Source: Hyphochytrium catenoides (Eukaryota > Protista > Hyphochytriomycota). Taken from it: a stretch of DNA of 64,000 nt. Where the stretch lies: contig FLMG01000120.1 in NCBI GenBank assembly GCA_900088475.1, positions 1 to 64,000 on the forward strand, read 5' to 3'. Positions 1 to 12,700 of the stretch are shown piece after piece. The notes below the pieces were generated by a model that saw only the letters and a list, made by a program, of their open reading frames with translations, did no database searches and was not told the DNA's origin. Position 1 is the stretch's first letter. Each line of letters opens with the position of its first letter. The position numbers and the translations under genes were made by a program.

Positions 1-1300
1 CTCTCTATTAAGAGCCCGTCACGACTCTTATATTACAACGGTAAGCTCGTACAGGCGGGCACTGTTCCCAACCTGTTCCCCAACAACCGTCCTCCTGGTA
101 GTGGCGCTGTCCTCTCTCTCTGTTCCCGCGACGACACCAAAGCATAGATCTGTTCGCCCTCGGTGAACTGGTTCACCTTCTCTACGGAAGCCGTTCAATT
201 CCGCTATGAAACAGCGGAGGCGAGATATTATCGCAGTCGACGAGCCTCATTGAAGTGCAGGCCATCGGTGGATTTATTGAAGAGCTTGACCTGGAGATCT
301 TCTAAGGGCATACAGGCCGCGGTGAAGCCGTCACATTAGGTAGTTCTTCGCCACCACTTGACTATATCTCGGGCCGCCTATTGGGCCAGCACAGATCACT
401 CCGCCCTTCACATACGCGTGAAGCTTCTCGTTGTAGCCATCAGCCTGAAGGACAGCTCGTCGCTCTCCTCTCACGTTTAGGCCCGGGTGTAATATGAGAG
501 ACTGCTGCAGGTCCCGAGAGAGTGAGAGAAAGAGAAGGTGCTCTGTCTGTACCTTGGCTGGCCAGGCCTCAGTCCAGACAAGCACCGCGCAGAGGAAGAC
601 TTCGCGGGAACACAAGCAAGTAGCAAAGAGTCTTCTACTTCAGAAAGAAGTTTATTAACTGAGATATAGGGGGTAAGAGGGAGCCTCCCTTGCGAGAGAG
701 TCAGTCTACCTGAGAAATGCAAAGATAAAAGAGTAACATGCAAGAGAAGTAGTGTCAGCAGGCTATTCTAATAACATGCAAAGAGAAAGAGGGAAGAAAG
801 GCAAAGGAAGAGGGCATCCTTCGTCAGAGCCATTCGTTGCCGAGTCGGGACTACCCGGCCTGTCGGGACTACCCGGCCTGAGAGTAGTCTCATAGAGGAG
901 AGGTCGCATCCCATACACCGCTCGATCCGTGTCCAGTGCGCTTTCAGGTGGTTAGCAGCCGTGAAAGGAGATATATAGAACCCTGGGAGTTCGTCTGTGA
1001 CAGTACGGTCGGCGTCCAGATGTAAGCGATAAAAGTCGCTCGCCTGGGGTTCAGCGCCGGTGGCAGGAATCGACCAGACGGAGGGCTCCCATTCAGTAGT
1101 CATCGATCTCGGCACGGCTACTGTCTAGTATTTTCCAATTCGAGGGCGGGATCGGAGACAGGCTTGAATCTGGAAGATGTTAATGAGGTCCATGGTAGAT
1201 ATCAAAGCGAGGGAGAAAAGGAGCGGCACTCGTTATCGTCTTCTATTATGGTCCTCCTCGTAGCCGGCTGATGTGCGACGGTTCGTCCTCCTTTCCTTCT
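1..1300 (-). pseudogene. Possible decayed coding sequence of unknown family
   Basis: A long minus-strand frame (EEDHNRRR*RVPLLFSLAL...GKY*TVAVPRSMTTEWEPSVW...) is broken only by isolated TAA/TAG stops, followed by frame-shifted ORF fragments 768-1115, 477-743 and 331-615. It includes an 18-bp tandem duplication at 844-879. No family was recognised. Confidence 0.3.
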
Positions 1301-2667
1301 GACGCTGTTCTCCATCTGCTAAAGTAGTGAAGAGAGAGGGAGGAGGAAGCTGGCCTTGGTCTTCAGGCACCGAGGTTGCGGGGTCCTTGAGTGTCTTGGG
1401 AGGCGCTCAGGGTTTGACGAGGTCGCCACAGAAGAAGAGTTTCAGTAGGAGGGTTGCAAAAGGAAGATTGAGTAGAAGGGCACTACGACTGGCCGGCTAC
1501 TCGGCTACTAGTCGCGGCTCAAAGGCTCAAAGCCAGTTCCTCTAACCTACCTAGTTGGACATGAACTGGTTTTGCTCTTCACTTGAAGCTTCTGCAGCCG
1601 ATGGTAGGGAACGGTTGAGTTGGCCACTACTACTGTCGGATTAGGGCGAACAGAGAGTGGGTCGTCGGTACTTTCCTTTTACTGGGGCGCCCGGGTTGTG
1701 CTTTATCGAGGTACAGCTCTGCTCTATCAAACAAATCCTTATTTTAGATTTGGATAAACTTAAAGTGGGAGAGTGTTAGGAGACGGAAACGAGAGAGGAA
1801 GAGAGAAGAATAATAGGAGGGACAAAGGGAGAGGAGAGAAACAGGTCTACAGCAATGTTCTTTCTTGTTGAGCCCGACGATATTTTAGTCAATGATGACG
1901 GACCAGTGTAGCTCTTCTTCGAACTGTAACCAGAAGCACGCTCCTTGTCCTTTGATGAGGCTAGATGTGTATGCATTAGCTACTATTACCAAGAAGAAAA
2001 ATGGGAAGAAGAAGGGGGGGAGAAGAAGAAGGAGGAAGAAGAAGAGAAAGATGAAGAAGAGAGGAAAAAGAAGAAGAGAGGAAGAAGAACGAAGAGGTAG
2101 AAGAAGACAACAAGAGCTACAAAGCTTTGGTCTCTTCATCATCGCTCTATCTTCCCCACAACACGAGTTATTATCCAAAAAGGGAGGATCATAATCGACT
2201 TTCTCCGTATTTATAACAACAACAAAGAGGAGAAGAAGGCGGAGAGAGAAGGTGAAGCGCCGATGACGTTAGCTTCATCAAACCGACCTCAAGCAACAGA
2301 AGGGTCCAGCTGCTGAATGAAGAGGAATACGTCTCAGAATATGAAACGCATTATTCGTCATAGCTTGCCACAGAGTCTCATGGATCCAGGTGGGTGGCGG
2401 TGTACTAAATGAAGTTCCTAGGAACTCATCAATCTCTTCTCTCCTTTCTTTAACAAACCACATTTGATGAATGACGCTTATTTCTCTTCACTTCTTGTCT
2501 TCTTTTCTTGCCTTAGCACTGTACTCCTCCGGTNNNNNNNNNNNNNNNNNNNNNNNNNNNNNNNNNNNNNNNNNNNNNNNNNNNNNNNNNNNCATCGGCC
2601 CCGCAAATCCGGATAAATATCAGAGCTGGTACAAAGACTTTGGGAGTTCGCAGTGCAGGAAGATAAA

Positions 2668-3172
2668 AAGCAGATAATAGAGTTGTCTTTGGTCCTGCAT
2701 GGAGAAGAAGAGACGATAAGTTGGAGGAAGAGGGCTGTCTGTTGTTAGCACTTATTAGTGTAACTTGTTCCTTCTTCGAATCACCTGGACTGATGTGGTG
2801 AAAAGAGAACAAAAACGATGTAAGGCTCTGGCTGATGATCAACCGGGCGTCCCTTGATAGTATTCGTAATAAGTAGTCTGTGCCATTCCTTGTCGCCTGG
2901 CTGGATCAAGGAACGAAAGTGAGAAGCAGATAACCGAGTTGTCTTCTTCGGTCCTACAGAGGAGAAGAGACGATTAGGAGGAAGAAGAAGGCTGTCTGTC
3001 GTAGGCACTTATTAGTGTAGATTGTTCCTTCTTCTGCTCACCTGGTTGATATGTGGTGAAGAGAGCACAAAGAATATGTATAAGACCTTGACTGGTGAAT
3101 AACCAGCTGGCCCTTGATAGTATTTGTAAGTAGCCTGTGCCTTTCCGTGCCGCCTGACTGGATCCAGCGAAA
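2668..3172. repeat. Diverged tandem duplication, two copies of about 255 bp
   Basis: Copy A (~2668-2920) and copy B (~2924-3172) share collinear blocks: aagcagataa, gagttgtctt, gagaagagacgat, ggctgtctgt, gcacttattagtgta, ttgttccttctt, tcacctgg, atgtggtgaa, cccttgatagtatt, ctgtgcc, ctggatc. Confidence 0.85.
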
Positions 3173-3848
3173 TGGAGCTCTTGGTAATTGCTGTGCCCTA
3201 ACTCCTCCTCACTACTACTTAACGACGAAGAACTACTAAGCGATAAAGCACATAATACTCCTTCTAACCTCGTCTCCAGGCGCAATCACTACGACCCTGT
3301 ATTTTGGTGGAACTCACAGATTCGGTGTTACTCATTACTGGTGCTGCTTAGGCGCGGGAGATAGCGAAGTGCATCTCCAGGATATGAAAGAGAGCTTGAC
3401 GTCCTTAAAGCACCCTTCTCCACTCTCTCTCTTCTCTTGTCCCCATCTTTGGCGGCGGGTCTCATAAAGTGGAGTGAGAGAGAAAGATGAAATGACTAAC
3501 GAGGTCAAGCTGAAGTAGTCAATGATGATGAAGATTACTAGCTGGAGGGAAAGAAAGTTAAATAAGCAAACGGAGGCTGCTTTAGAAGTGCTTGGGGAGT
3601 GCTCTTCGTCCTTAACAGCAGCGGTATTGTATGATCAAGAGTAGCCAGGCTAACCGAGATCTAAAAGTGGTGAAGCTACTGTTAGCAAGGAAAGGCGGTA
3701 GACATTGCAATATATCAATGATAGAGCAGGTTGCAAGTTCTATGGCACCGTTAGAAATGCTTTTAGGAAGCCCGCATATGCTCATCACCGTCGGAAGGCA
3801 GAGTATACTGCTGTATTTGGACTAGATGAACCCTCTGACTTACCACAC

Positions 3849-4784
3849 TCAGCTACTACTTACTCCGGTAGAGGTGGTGACCGTGGAACTTCCATTTGTT
3901 GTTGCTTGCTGCTGAGTTCCTCGAATGAACTCCGATATCTCTCTAAGAGTGCAGTTGACACGGAGTTCATCGTTCTTCCAGACCTTCTGCTTGCATAGGG
4001 GGCACGATTGCTTAGCGTTGTCACTCGCCGACTTTTTCCTGCAACTGTTCCCCGTACGTAACCAGCTCTTTATACAGTCTCTGCAGAAAGTGTGTGCACA
4101 TCTCGGGAGTGTCACGGGCTCTTGAAGAGTCTCCCTGCATATTGGGCACTGCAGGAACTGTGACATCTTTCCACTGGATATATCTTGAGGCTTTGCTGTC
4201 GGCATCTGACTTTTTGTAAGCGAAGAATAGCGCCTCTTACTTGTCGTGCGCATCCCTTCACGTTTACTATGTTCTTCTTCGGACACTGTTTCTTCGGCAA
4301 CCAACATCCCGCCCTTACCCTGACGCTTGCAATCGGTTACCAGGGAACCCATTATTGGCGTAGCTGCTGCAGCTGGCGCAAGATCAGTAGTGCCTCCTAT
4401 TGGTAGAGGATAAATTATGATCCCTCCGCGAGGAGAAGAGGCAGGGCTGCGCGGCACGGAAGACTGGTAAAGAGTGTGATTAGGCCCATCAACTGGGTCG
4501 CCCTGTGAGGCACTCGTGAATGATGCAGCAGAAAAGCGATGTCTTCTCGATAGATCTGGAAACCCCACAAGCTCGGCTGATGACTTAGGTTCATCTTGGC
4601 TCTCATCCCACGAGTGTCGAAGCGCTTGGTGCCGTTTGTGTCGCTCAAACCTTGAAAGTGAACGGAATCGCAATATCCGGTCTTCTATGAAGGAAACGGG
4701 AGCACGCCTCTTGCGGAGAAGTCCTAGGCGGCTAGACCCGGCCTGGCAGTTCGGCGGCAATCCCTTGTGCAGGACACCTACCAT
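3849..4784 (-). CDS. C3HC4 RING-finger protein (putative E3 ubiquitin ligase); exon boundaries uncertain
   Basis: CPICRETLQEPVTLPRCAHTFCRDCI...CPLCK is followed by the typical 'LRVNCTLREI' helix. Possible extra exons lie upstream (4778-5253), and a GTAAGT donor lies near 3864. Confidence 0.75.
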   Translation of the reverse strand: MVGVLHKGLPPNCQAGSSRLGLLRKRRAPVSFIEDRILRFRSLSRFERHKRHQALRHSWDESQDEPKSSAELVGFPDLSRRHRFSAASFTSASQGDPVDGPNHTLYQSSVPRSPASSPRGGIIIYPLPIGGTTDLAPAAAATPIMGSLVTDCKRQGKGGMLVAEETVSEEEHSKREGMRTTSKRRYSSLTKSQMPTAKPQDISSGKMSQFLQCPICRETLQEPVTLPRCAHTFCRDCIKSWLRTGNSCRKKSASDNAKQSCPLCKQKVWKNDELRVNCTLREISEFIRGTQQQATTNGSSTVTTSTGVSSS

Positions 4785-5725
4785 GGTGACGGAACTTGGA
4801 AGTCTAGTAGGTCAAAGTGGTTGAGGAAGAAAGAAGGCAAGCTTTCTATCCGTGCAAATCCTCTTTGGGAAGATCGAAGTGGGTCAATGAGCCGTAGTGC
4901 AAGTGCAGCTAAATCATTGTCTCTATCTATGATGGGGTTAAGAAGCGCATAATCGCCACAGTATTGTGTCACCCTTGTATTCCCAGTCAAGAAGCCTGCT
5001 GGTGGGGCTCCATCTTATCAAAAGAAAAATGAACCGACCAGATTGGGCTGCAAAGTGACTGAGCGGGTATACCGATGAAAGTTGGGCTAGGGCACGAAGG
5101 ACTCTTTTTTATATCGATGGGCGGCAGCGATAGAGTGAAGAACCAGTCATCATCAACCATCCATTCCCCCGCTTTCAATCTATATATAACAATACTAGCA
5201 CCAGCATCATTCTCACCACTCGGTATGGGTGCAATGCCTCTCTCGACAAGCAAGGTCTGAGGGGAAGGGCAAACGTGATGGTAGAACTAACAAACAACCA
5301 GAAGGCTCCATCATCGTTGCAGCAGGCGTGCGTGCCATGGAGCTCCAAAATTGTGAGAAGGAAGAGGATTGGGTCTGCATGATGATGAGGACTTCAAGCA
5401 GCAGAGGAAAGGCGTTACACGGGGAGATGAAAGGTAAAAATAGACCTGACGCACTCTTTAGGTAACCAAAATTTGATAACTGCTGTGGAATTAAATTATT
5501 CAGGAGTTTGTAAATTTGTACAGTACGACTCAAAAAAAAAGCAAAAGGGCAAGAGAACAGCACCAGCACTGACTTTGTAGTTGGGCTCGTGTCTTGTGAC
5601 CATTTTGTTTTCCAAAAAATAGAATTTTATACACGACTTCTGTATCATTCCGAACCCTCCGAACTACTGGCAGTCAGACCTGAAAGGTTACAATCGATGA
5701 CCTACAGAACTATTTCCGACTTTTC

Positions 5726-6361
5726 ATGTTAGGTTCACTTGAGACGTTCCCCAGGCCCAAACCCTTGAAAGGCCGAGAAAAAACAGAGAGTGTGTGTCCA
5801 TGTCCTACTGTGTATGACGACAAAATGGCGACAGTGATGTTTGCCCCTGCAGAATCTCAGCAGCTATTCTCAGCTGCAAGATATTTGTCAGCTTCTAAGG
5901 ATAAGGTGTTAGAACTACTTAAAAAACTAAGGCCTCACTGCAAGGCAAAGAACAACAACGAACCTACCACGACGGCTGTAAGTAGTTACACGTTTGAGCT
6001 ACTACTTGCCCTTGTCTCAGTCCAACACTATAAAAAAGCCCTCCAGCTCCACACTAGTGCTACTTATATAAGTCCAAGTTTCCTAATGGAAAGTTCAGGA
6101 AGATTTATTGTGATTTGTTTGTCGTCCCTCCGCACTGTATCATCGTCACATCAACAGGAGGAGCGAGCGACCAGGCCTGTCTGCACAGGGAATGATGAAC
6201 TAGGAAATAAACCTACTAAAAGGCCTGACAAACAAGCTGAGGCGCAGCTGCTGATAAAGCCAAACAGCAAAAGGACAGAGTCTTCAGAGCCGGAGCCCTT
6301 GCAGGTGGACACTAGAAGAGAATTTTCTCAACGTGAGCACGGCAGGATTGCCAACCAGTGA
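5726..6361 (+). CDS. Hypothetical protein or pseudogene fragment
   Basis: 211-aa ORF with an internal GTAAGT donor near 5977 and no recognisable motif. Confidence 0.2.
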   Translation: MLGSLETFPRPKPLKGREKTESVCPCPTVYDDKMATVMFAPAESQQLFSAARYLSASKDKVLELLKKLRPHCKAKNNNEPTTTAVSSYTFELLLALVSVQHYKKALQLHTSATYISPSFLMESSGRFIVICLSSLRTVSSSHQQEERATRPVCTGNDELGNKPTKRPDKQAEAQLLIKPNSKRTESSEPEPLQVDTRREFSQREHGRIANQ

Positions 6362-6702
6362 GATCGAGAAGTACATATCAATAAGGCATCAAGCTTGATT
6401 TGAGGAGTTGTGCACTCTCGAAGCGTCTTTTGTGTTGGAGGTGAGGCATTGTCGCCAACTCCTATCCGGTGGACTCCTGCTCTTTGATGAGCGAGACAGT
6501 CTCGAGCTCAATCCAGAGGATAGAGGACGCCCTCGTTACCAACAAGGATGTTGTAGGTTGAAAGCTGATAAGTACCAGTCCCATCCATAGGTGTGCCCGA
6601 TGAAGGTCTATGATACTGCATAGCTGCGAAAGTAGGGGCCGGTCGCCTTCGAACGAGACTTTGCTGTGACTTCAGTTAGCTTCGGAGACGTCCTTCGACG
6701 CC

Positions 6703-9700
6703 ATGGCTTCTGATGAGATTGAAATGGCGGAGATGGGAGTGCACAGTGCTGAGCCGCATCTTCTGCGAGACTCAAAGAACAGCAGACCTAGTGTAGTTGC
6801 AGAAATGCCATCGTTTCCAGAGAGGCCAATGTTTAGGCAGAGATCGACTAGCACCCGCAGTGGCCAGAACGGTAGATCTCGGGGTGAAGTACCGCCAGTG
6901 CGACCAGCACGATCAGCCAGCCTAAGTCCACGCCTCTTCCGCTATAACTCCGGATCTAGGTAAGGAGTCATTGACCAAGTATGCCTTTAGCTGCGCTACC
7001 ACTCATCTTGATGTCAATGCGGCACTACTTTGCAGTGACACTCGCACAGAACGAATTTCGTCCTTCCAGATGGTCACCGACACTGTGAAGCGTATGAAGA
7101 CCAAGCTACCCAGGGCACTGCGCCTCGGTGGCTGGACTTACACTGCTCAGCAACAGCAGCGGACGTCTTCTCCCACTGTTGGCGGTGCGGACTCGTTATC
7201 TTCCCCAGCAATAGACTTTCTGTCGAGCAGAAGCCCTGAATCGTTTGCTTCTCTTCACAGACTAGAGGTAAAGGGATTGTGGGTCCCTTCAATCCAATTT
7301 CAACTCACAACTCTTACTCACATTATGAACCAGGCTCCCGCGAGTGACGATTCCATTCGCACTGTCCACTTTGGCAGAGATCCCGCCACTGAAGCTTCAA
7401 GCTTCTGCTCGAATGAGGTAAGAGGGCCTGTATGGAGTGCGCTATCCAATGCTGTAACCGCGTTAATGCCTGTCAGGTACACACCACCAAGTACACGTGG
7501 TGGTCCTTCGTTCCGGTGTTTCTTTGGTACACCTTCAATAAGACCGCCAACCTCTACTTTTTAGCAATCGGAATAATGCAAGCGATCCCTTCCATCAGTC
7601 CGACTGCTGGTGTGCCCCTTCAGTTTTTGCCGCTTGGTATCGTGATTACCCTGGACGCTGTCTTTGCAGCGTATGAGGTGAGTGGAATGACAGATTTTGT
7701 CCTGCTGGCCGCTTACGCTAAGTCAGACAATCAGGACTACAAGCGTCATAAGGCAGACAAACAACTTAACAATGCGCTCACGCAGCGCTACAATAGAGAG
7801 ACAGAAGCTTTTGAAACCGCTTCGTGGTCTGACGTCACGGTTGGGGACGTAATAAAAGTAGACAATAGGGAGATGTTTCCCGCGGATATGGTGCTGTTAG
7901 CGGTGGTTCCACACCTGGTACGAGCTCCCTGGCCATAGGCAGTGAATGGGGCATCTAACACCAAGCTTACTCTAGGACCAAGAGAATAGCGGCACCTGCT
8001 TTGTTGAAACGAAGTCCCTCGATGGTGAAACAAACCTTAAGCTCAAAGAAGCGTCTCGGGCTACGGCCCACCTTTTAGAAAAGGTAAAGTCATCTCGCTC
8101 TTGCAGTCGTTGAATCTGACTGACCCTTGGTAACATTTCATCCAGCCTTCAGACTTTGGCATGCTCAGGGCCGAAGTAAGGTGTGACAAGCCCAACACGG
8201 ACGTAAACAGCTTCAACGGTGCACTTTTTGCGGAGTACGGTAACTCTGCAGATCCGATAGGAGTTCCTTTGGATATAAAGTGAGTTCTTGCTTGAGTGTG
8301 GAGTTATACTGAGTAAGGCAGAACTTATGCCGTCTTGTCCCAACAGGAATGTGCTCCTGAGAGGATGTAAACTTCGAAATACCGAAAGTGTCTATGGACT
8401 CGTGGTGTACACGGGCTATGACACTAAAATAATGCGGAGTTCCGGTGACGAGTTCCCGGTCAAGCTCAGCACAATTGACAGTCTCACGAACAAGCAGGTG
8501 AGCCTGCTATTGAAAGATATGGAGGAGACAACCAGAAGAATTTACTAATTCTCCCACCGTTAGGTCCTCTACGTCGTCGTCGTTTTGGTGGCTATTTGTC
8601 TTATTGGGGCATTTCTAAATGCCTCTTATGCCACGAACAATAAGGTAAGCTTCTGACTGTGGCTGGACTCTGCAACCAAAGGCTAATTTTCTTTCATGCG
8701 TTTGCAGGAAGCTTGGTATGTCCCATTCGATGGGGCTAAGACTTTTCAGCAGTTCTGTCTGCTCTTTTCCACGTTGGCGAGTATAGTTCCTATAACCTTG
8801 TATGTGTCCATCACGATTGTCAAGTCTCTTCAGGTAGCTATATCAGAAACCTTACAGACTGAGCCGGCCTGCTAACTAATGTGTTGCTAGGTCTACTTCA
8901 TGGAAAGCGACATCATGATGTACCACGAGGCGACGGACACGCCTATGATAGGAAGGAATATGCTGCTTAATGACCAGCTGGGACAGATCAGCTTTGTCTT
9001 CTCAGATAAGACCGGTAACAGATCTCTAGAATAGTGCCGACTATACGCCCATATTATTAAGCTAAGGCTACGTCCAGGAACCCTCACCTGCAACCAGATG
9101 GAGTTCAGGAAGTGTAGTGTCAATGGAGTTTGCTATGGCACAGGAACTACTGAAATCGGGGAGGCAGCTAGGGCTAGAGAGCGGTCTATGGAGAAGACCT
9201 TAGGTCTGAACGCCGTCGAGCTCGAAAGTTTTCCAGGTACGGCAAGTTCCTGTACCCCATACATGCGCGAGAATGATGAAATCCGTCCTTGTGCTGTCCG
9301 GACAAAGCGCCATATTTTGGGAAGTCGAGCTCGGGTGCCTCCGATAGGTACCTCTCCATGACGGTGAGCCCGCTATCCTCGCCCTACTCCTGTGGTTCGT
9401 TCTGACAATGGAAAGGTGTAGATGCCGCCACACCAGCCTGGAACCTCTCTGAAGCATGTTCGCTTTGATGACGACATCATCTATCGAGATTTCGACGGAG
9501 CGAACGGTAGATTGGAGACTAGATTGGCAAACCATATAAATTCCATACTGAGGCGAGCTTTCCCTGGGATCTAGGTGACGTCCAAAGGATAAGACTTCAC
9601 GAATTCATGCTTCATCTGGCGTTGTGTAACAGCGTATTGCCCGAGGAAAAGAATGGGGCGATAACGTTTTCGTCCTCCTCTCCAGATGAGCAGGTATATG

Positions 9701-12700
9701 TCAATGATCACAAAGAAAGGTTGAACTTTGCCTCATCACTCTTACTCGCTCTTGCCACGGCCCAGGCGCTAGTATCTGCAGCAAAATTTTTCAACTATGA
9801 ACTCGTCCATCGCAAGCCAGGGCAAGTTATTGTGAGGTTTCCTGATGACCAGTGCCGCTACTTTGACATACTGGAGGTATTTGAGTTCTCTAGTGATCGG
9901 AAGCGAATGAGCGTAATAGTTCAGGAACGGGACCCTGCGGCGCCAGATACCAAGTTCCCTATCCTCCTCCTTTGCAAAGGGGCAGACAACGTGAGTTCTG
10001 GCAGCTTCACAGTCCTGGCTTTTCAGTTGGTTGGTCCTCACAGCTCATGTCTAGGTCATACTCTCACGCTTGGCTCCATATTCGGACTCCCATCTTACCT
10101 CAAGAACGGGGCGCCACCTGGAGTCCTTCGCGAGGTCAGCCCTTTTTGACGTGGTCCCTTGTTTTTTAGACTCAGTAACTGACATGGAGGTCAGGGATGG
10201 GCTGCGGACACTTGTGGTTGCCCAAAAAGAAGTTGACGAAGGGCTTTGGATGAAGTTTCAGGAAAAGTACCAGGCCGCGGTAAAGGACTTGAACGAGATT
10301 GAGAGGCGCAAGCTTGGCAAGCTAAACATGATCGATAAACTGCAGGTGAGTCTGCCTTATCTGGGTAATGGACAGAATTGGTTTCTATTCAGCTTCTTTT
10401 GCTGTACCTGTAGGATGAGATGGAGAAGAACTTGTTACTACTCGGGGCGACAGCTATTGAAGACCGCCTTCAAGATGGTGTACCACAGACTATTGCCAGT
10501 CTTAGCAAAGCTGGGATGTCAGTCTGGGTTCTGACAGGTAGTGCTAGCCTTTAAACTGTCTGCTTTCTAAGGCTGCCGGCATCTCCAACCGTGACCTGAT
10601 GGACCTGTGTAGGAGATATGGTTGAAACCGCGATAAACATTGGGTTCGCTTGTTCCCTCCTCAATAACGGCATGACTAGAATTGAAGTCACCAGCAGTCG
10701 CTTCCCGCACGCAGATGCAGCTTGTGCACATCTGGATGAAGTACGAGATGACTCCTGCCTGCCCTGACTTGTTAGCCAGCTCCGTAACGAGGTCGTTTTG
10801 GTCTCTCAATTTGCAGATGTACCACGAGATAGTCCGCTCCAAGGAAGGAAGCCACGTTCAAGACTATGCCCTCATTGTAGATGGCATAACATTAGAAGAG
10901 ATGCTAAAGGAGGTAAGGCAAACGTTATCATGGTTGAGAGAGGGTCCTTTCCCACCGCCAGACCATGTCGCTTCCTTAGGATCGAAGACTGTATCTTCTG
11001 CGATTAGCTCTAGAATGCAAGAGTGTCCTTTGTTGCCGTGTTTCTCCTCTCCAAAAAGCACTGGTAGTAGAGCTGGTCAAGGTAAGGCTTTGCTTTAGAG
11101 TGGGATCAATATGTGTGGCCTCTAACTGTCAATCGTACTCAGCTAAACTGCCCCGAGGCGAAGACGTTGGCCATCGGGGATGGTGCTAACGACGTACCCA
11201 TGATTCAAGCTGCACATGTTGGGGTATGTATGTCACTACCCCCGCAACCGCGTTGAGAGGTGATGCTGACATCATGATTTGGCGTAGGTCGGTGTGAGCG
11301 GCGAGGAGGGTATGCAAGCGGTTAACTCCAGTGACTATGCCATTGCGCAGTTCAGATTTCTGGGGCGCTTGCTTTTGGTCCATGGCCGATGGAACTACGA
11401 AAGGATTGCTTTCTTGGTATGATAGTTGTAGCTGAGTCATAACTTTGGAGCTGTTCTCATTGTCCACGCAGGTCTGCTACACCTTCTATAAAAACGTCGT
11501 CTACTGCATTGGCCTGTTCTGGTATACTCTATGGTTTAGCGCTTTCTCGGGGACCATGATCTACCAAGCATTTATCCAGCAAGGCTACAATCTTTTGTAC
11601 ACTTCACTACCTGTCATAGTGTACGCTGTTTTAGAGCAGGTAGGCCCACGTCGTCTTCTTGACCTTTCGGTACTCATACTAAGAGCATGACTGGACAGGA
11701 TGTACCTGCAGAGATGTGTATGAAACACCCTCAGTTGTATTACTCTGGACCATTGAATCGAAGCTTTAACTGGTAGGATGGCACTTCAGGACGTTGTCAT
11801 CTTCCTCGCAGGCTCTTCGGCTCATTGTATCGACAGGACCGTCTTCTGGCTTTGGATGCTTGATGGCGTTTATGAGTCAATATTGGTTATCATGCTACCA
11901 TTGTATGGCCTAGGTTACACATGGAACGACCCTCAAAGGTAGCGAAGCTCTTTTTACTGTTCTTTCGGTCTGCTACTACATCTACTAACGCTGGCGCCTA
12001 TCTAGGCCGATTGACTTCAATGCGCTGACAGGCCTTGCGTGGACCGTCCTAGTAGTTGTGGTCAACGTCAAATACTGCATCTATACATTTAACTGGCATT
12101 GGCCTAACGTCGCATCAGTGCTTCTGATGTTATTTATGCTCTATTCCAATCAATACTTTATAGACTTGGTACCATGGATTTATGCCACAGGTAAGCTGAG
12201 ACGAACTCCAGAGTGTTCACAACGAACAACGTTCCTTGCCATGTATGACACTGACGAAAGCAATGTATTCTAGAGTCCTTTCCATTTTTGTTCGGCGACA
12301 TAAGCTTTTGGCTGATAACACTACTTGTGACCGCATTCGTTATCATCGGTGACTTTGTCTACCATGGGGCGAGAAGAATGATGTTTCCAACGTATCAAGA
12401 CCTGGCACAAGAGGTCAGTGTTAGTCCAAGTGAACCTCTTGCCCCATCATCTCAGCCTCTGTTTCGTTAGGTGCACAAATACCACCTCGAAGATAACCTC
12501 GACGCCTGGCGAGCACCGTCCCTTCCACCGCCCAAATTTGACCTACCAGACTATGGAAGCAAGCTGCAAGGGGCAGCAGCTACTGTCACTTATCAGGTCT
12601 GTTGTCCCTGTGGTATCCTCTGGTCAGTGTCCGTGCTCGTGTTGAGGTTCAAACTCCTTCCTTAGGGTCCTCGGCGAGAGATTCACAGAGGCTTCGNNNN

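Noticed and set aside
1885-2194. Lys/Arg-rich ORF resembling a protamine or NLS protein
   Set aside because: A low-complexity GAA/AGA purine tract with no supporting gene structure.
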